Source of the DNA: Nitrospirota bacterium
GTDB taxonomy: Bacteria; Nitrospirota; UBA9217
Direction of reading: 5' to 3'
DNA length: 64,000 nt
Assembly (NCBI GenBank): GCA_963751455.1
Contig: CAVVUN010000015.1
Location: 1,504,001 to 1,568,000, forward strand
The notes beneath the pieces are model-generated. The model was not told where the DNA came from. It searched no databases and saw only the letters and a list, made by a program, of their open reading frames with translations. Shown here piece by piece: positions 63,494-64,000 of this stretch (its first letter is position 1; each line of letters starts with the position of its first letter). A program made the position numbers and the translations under genes.

Positions 63494-64000
63494 ATGTTCG
63501 GAAAACGCATCAGCCTCTTTAAAATTCTCGGTTTTGAAGTTCATATGGATCTGAGCTGGCTGATAATTGCGGTGATCGTCTCCTGGTCGCTTGCGGAGGG
63601 AGTGTTCCCCTCTGCATTTCAGGACCTTTCGACAGCAAGCTATTGGTGGATGGGGGTTGGCGGGGCGATCGGACTCTTTTTATCCATCGTTTTTCATGAA
63701 CTTTGCCACTCCCTGGTCGCAAGGCGATACGGGCTTCCCATGAAGGGCATTACGCTTTTTGTTTTCGGAGGTGTGGCTGAAATGACAGACGAACCATCGA
63801 GTCCGAAGGCGGAATTTCTGATGGCCGCAGCAGGGCCTCTTTCCAGTATCTTGTTGGGACTGGTATTGTACCTGGCTGTTGCCGGACTGGAAGGCGGCGT
63901 TTTGCCCCCACAGATTTCGGGCGTAGCTCAGTATCTTGCTTTCATCAACCTGATTCTTGCCGTGTTTAACCTGATGCCGGCATTTCCCCTGGATGGCGGG
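63494..64000 (+). CDS. Site-2 protease (peptidase M50), runs off the window
   Basis: Manual translation: HELCH, LFVFGGVA, AAAGP and FNLMPAFPLDGG. Confidence 0.9.
   Translation, partial: MFGKRISLFKILGFEVHMDLSWLIIAVIVSWSLAEGVFPSAFQDLSTASYWWMGVGGAIGLFLSIVFHELCHSLVARRYGLPMKGITLFVFGGVAEMTDEPSSPKAEFLMAAAGPLSSILLGLVLYLAVAGLEGGVLPPQISGVAQYLAFINLILAVFNLMPAFPLDGG

Overview
Bacterial chromosomal window from an anaerobe-type genome. Nitrospirota or Desulfobacterota-like origin is an inference only. Core genes are the end of a nuo operon (nuoM, nuoN), a class II ribonucleotide reductase (nrdJ) and a large nitrogen-assimilation locus (48.4-61.0 kb). That locus holds a KaiC-like/XRE/cupin regulator, a stand-alone glutamate-synthase FMN protein, nrpR, mvhD-metV-metF and an unusually split glutamate synthase with no gltD in view. 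Two GGCA-N6-TGCC palindromes there resemble NrpR operators. The accessory region (4.7-47 kb) has a PDZ sensor kinase, two NarL/LuxR regulators, an AraC-type response regulator, secreted lipoproteins and a decaying ~10.4-kb surface-protein gene. It is followed by an RHS-like gene interrupted by a complete IS1380-family element (TIRs, 5-bp target duplication). Short MITEs share that element's ends, and REP-like and heptamer repeats sit in-frame inside the giant gene. No rRNA, tRNA or CRISPR array was seen. Product calls come from motif recognition, not database searches.
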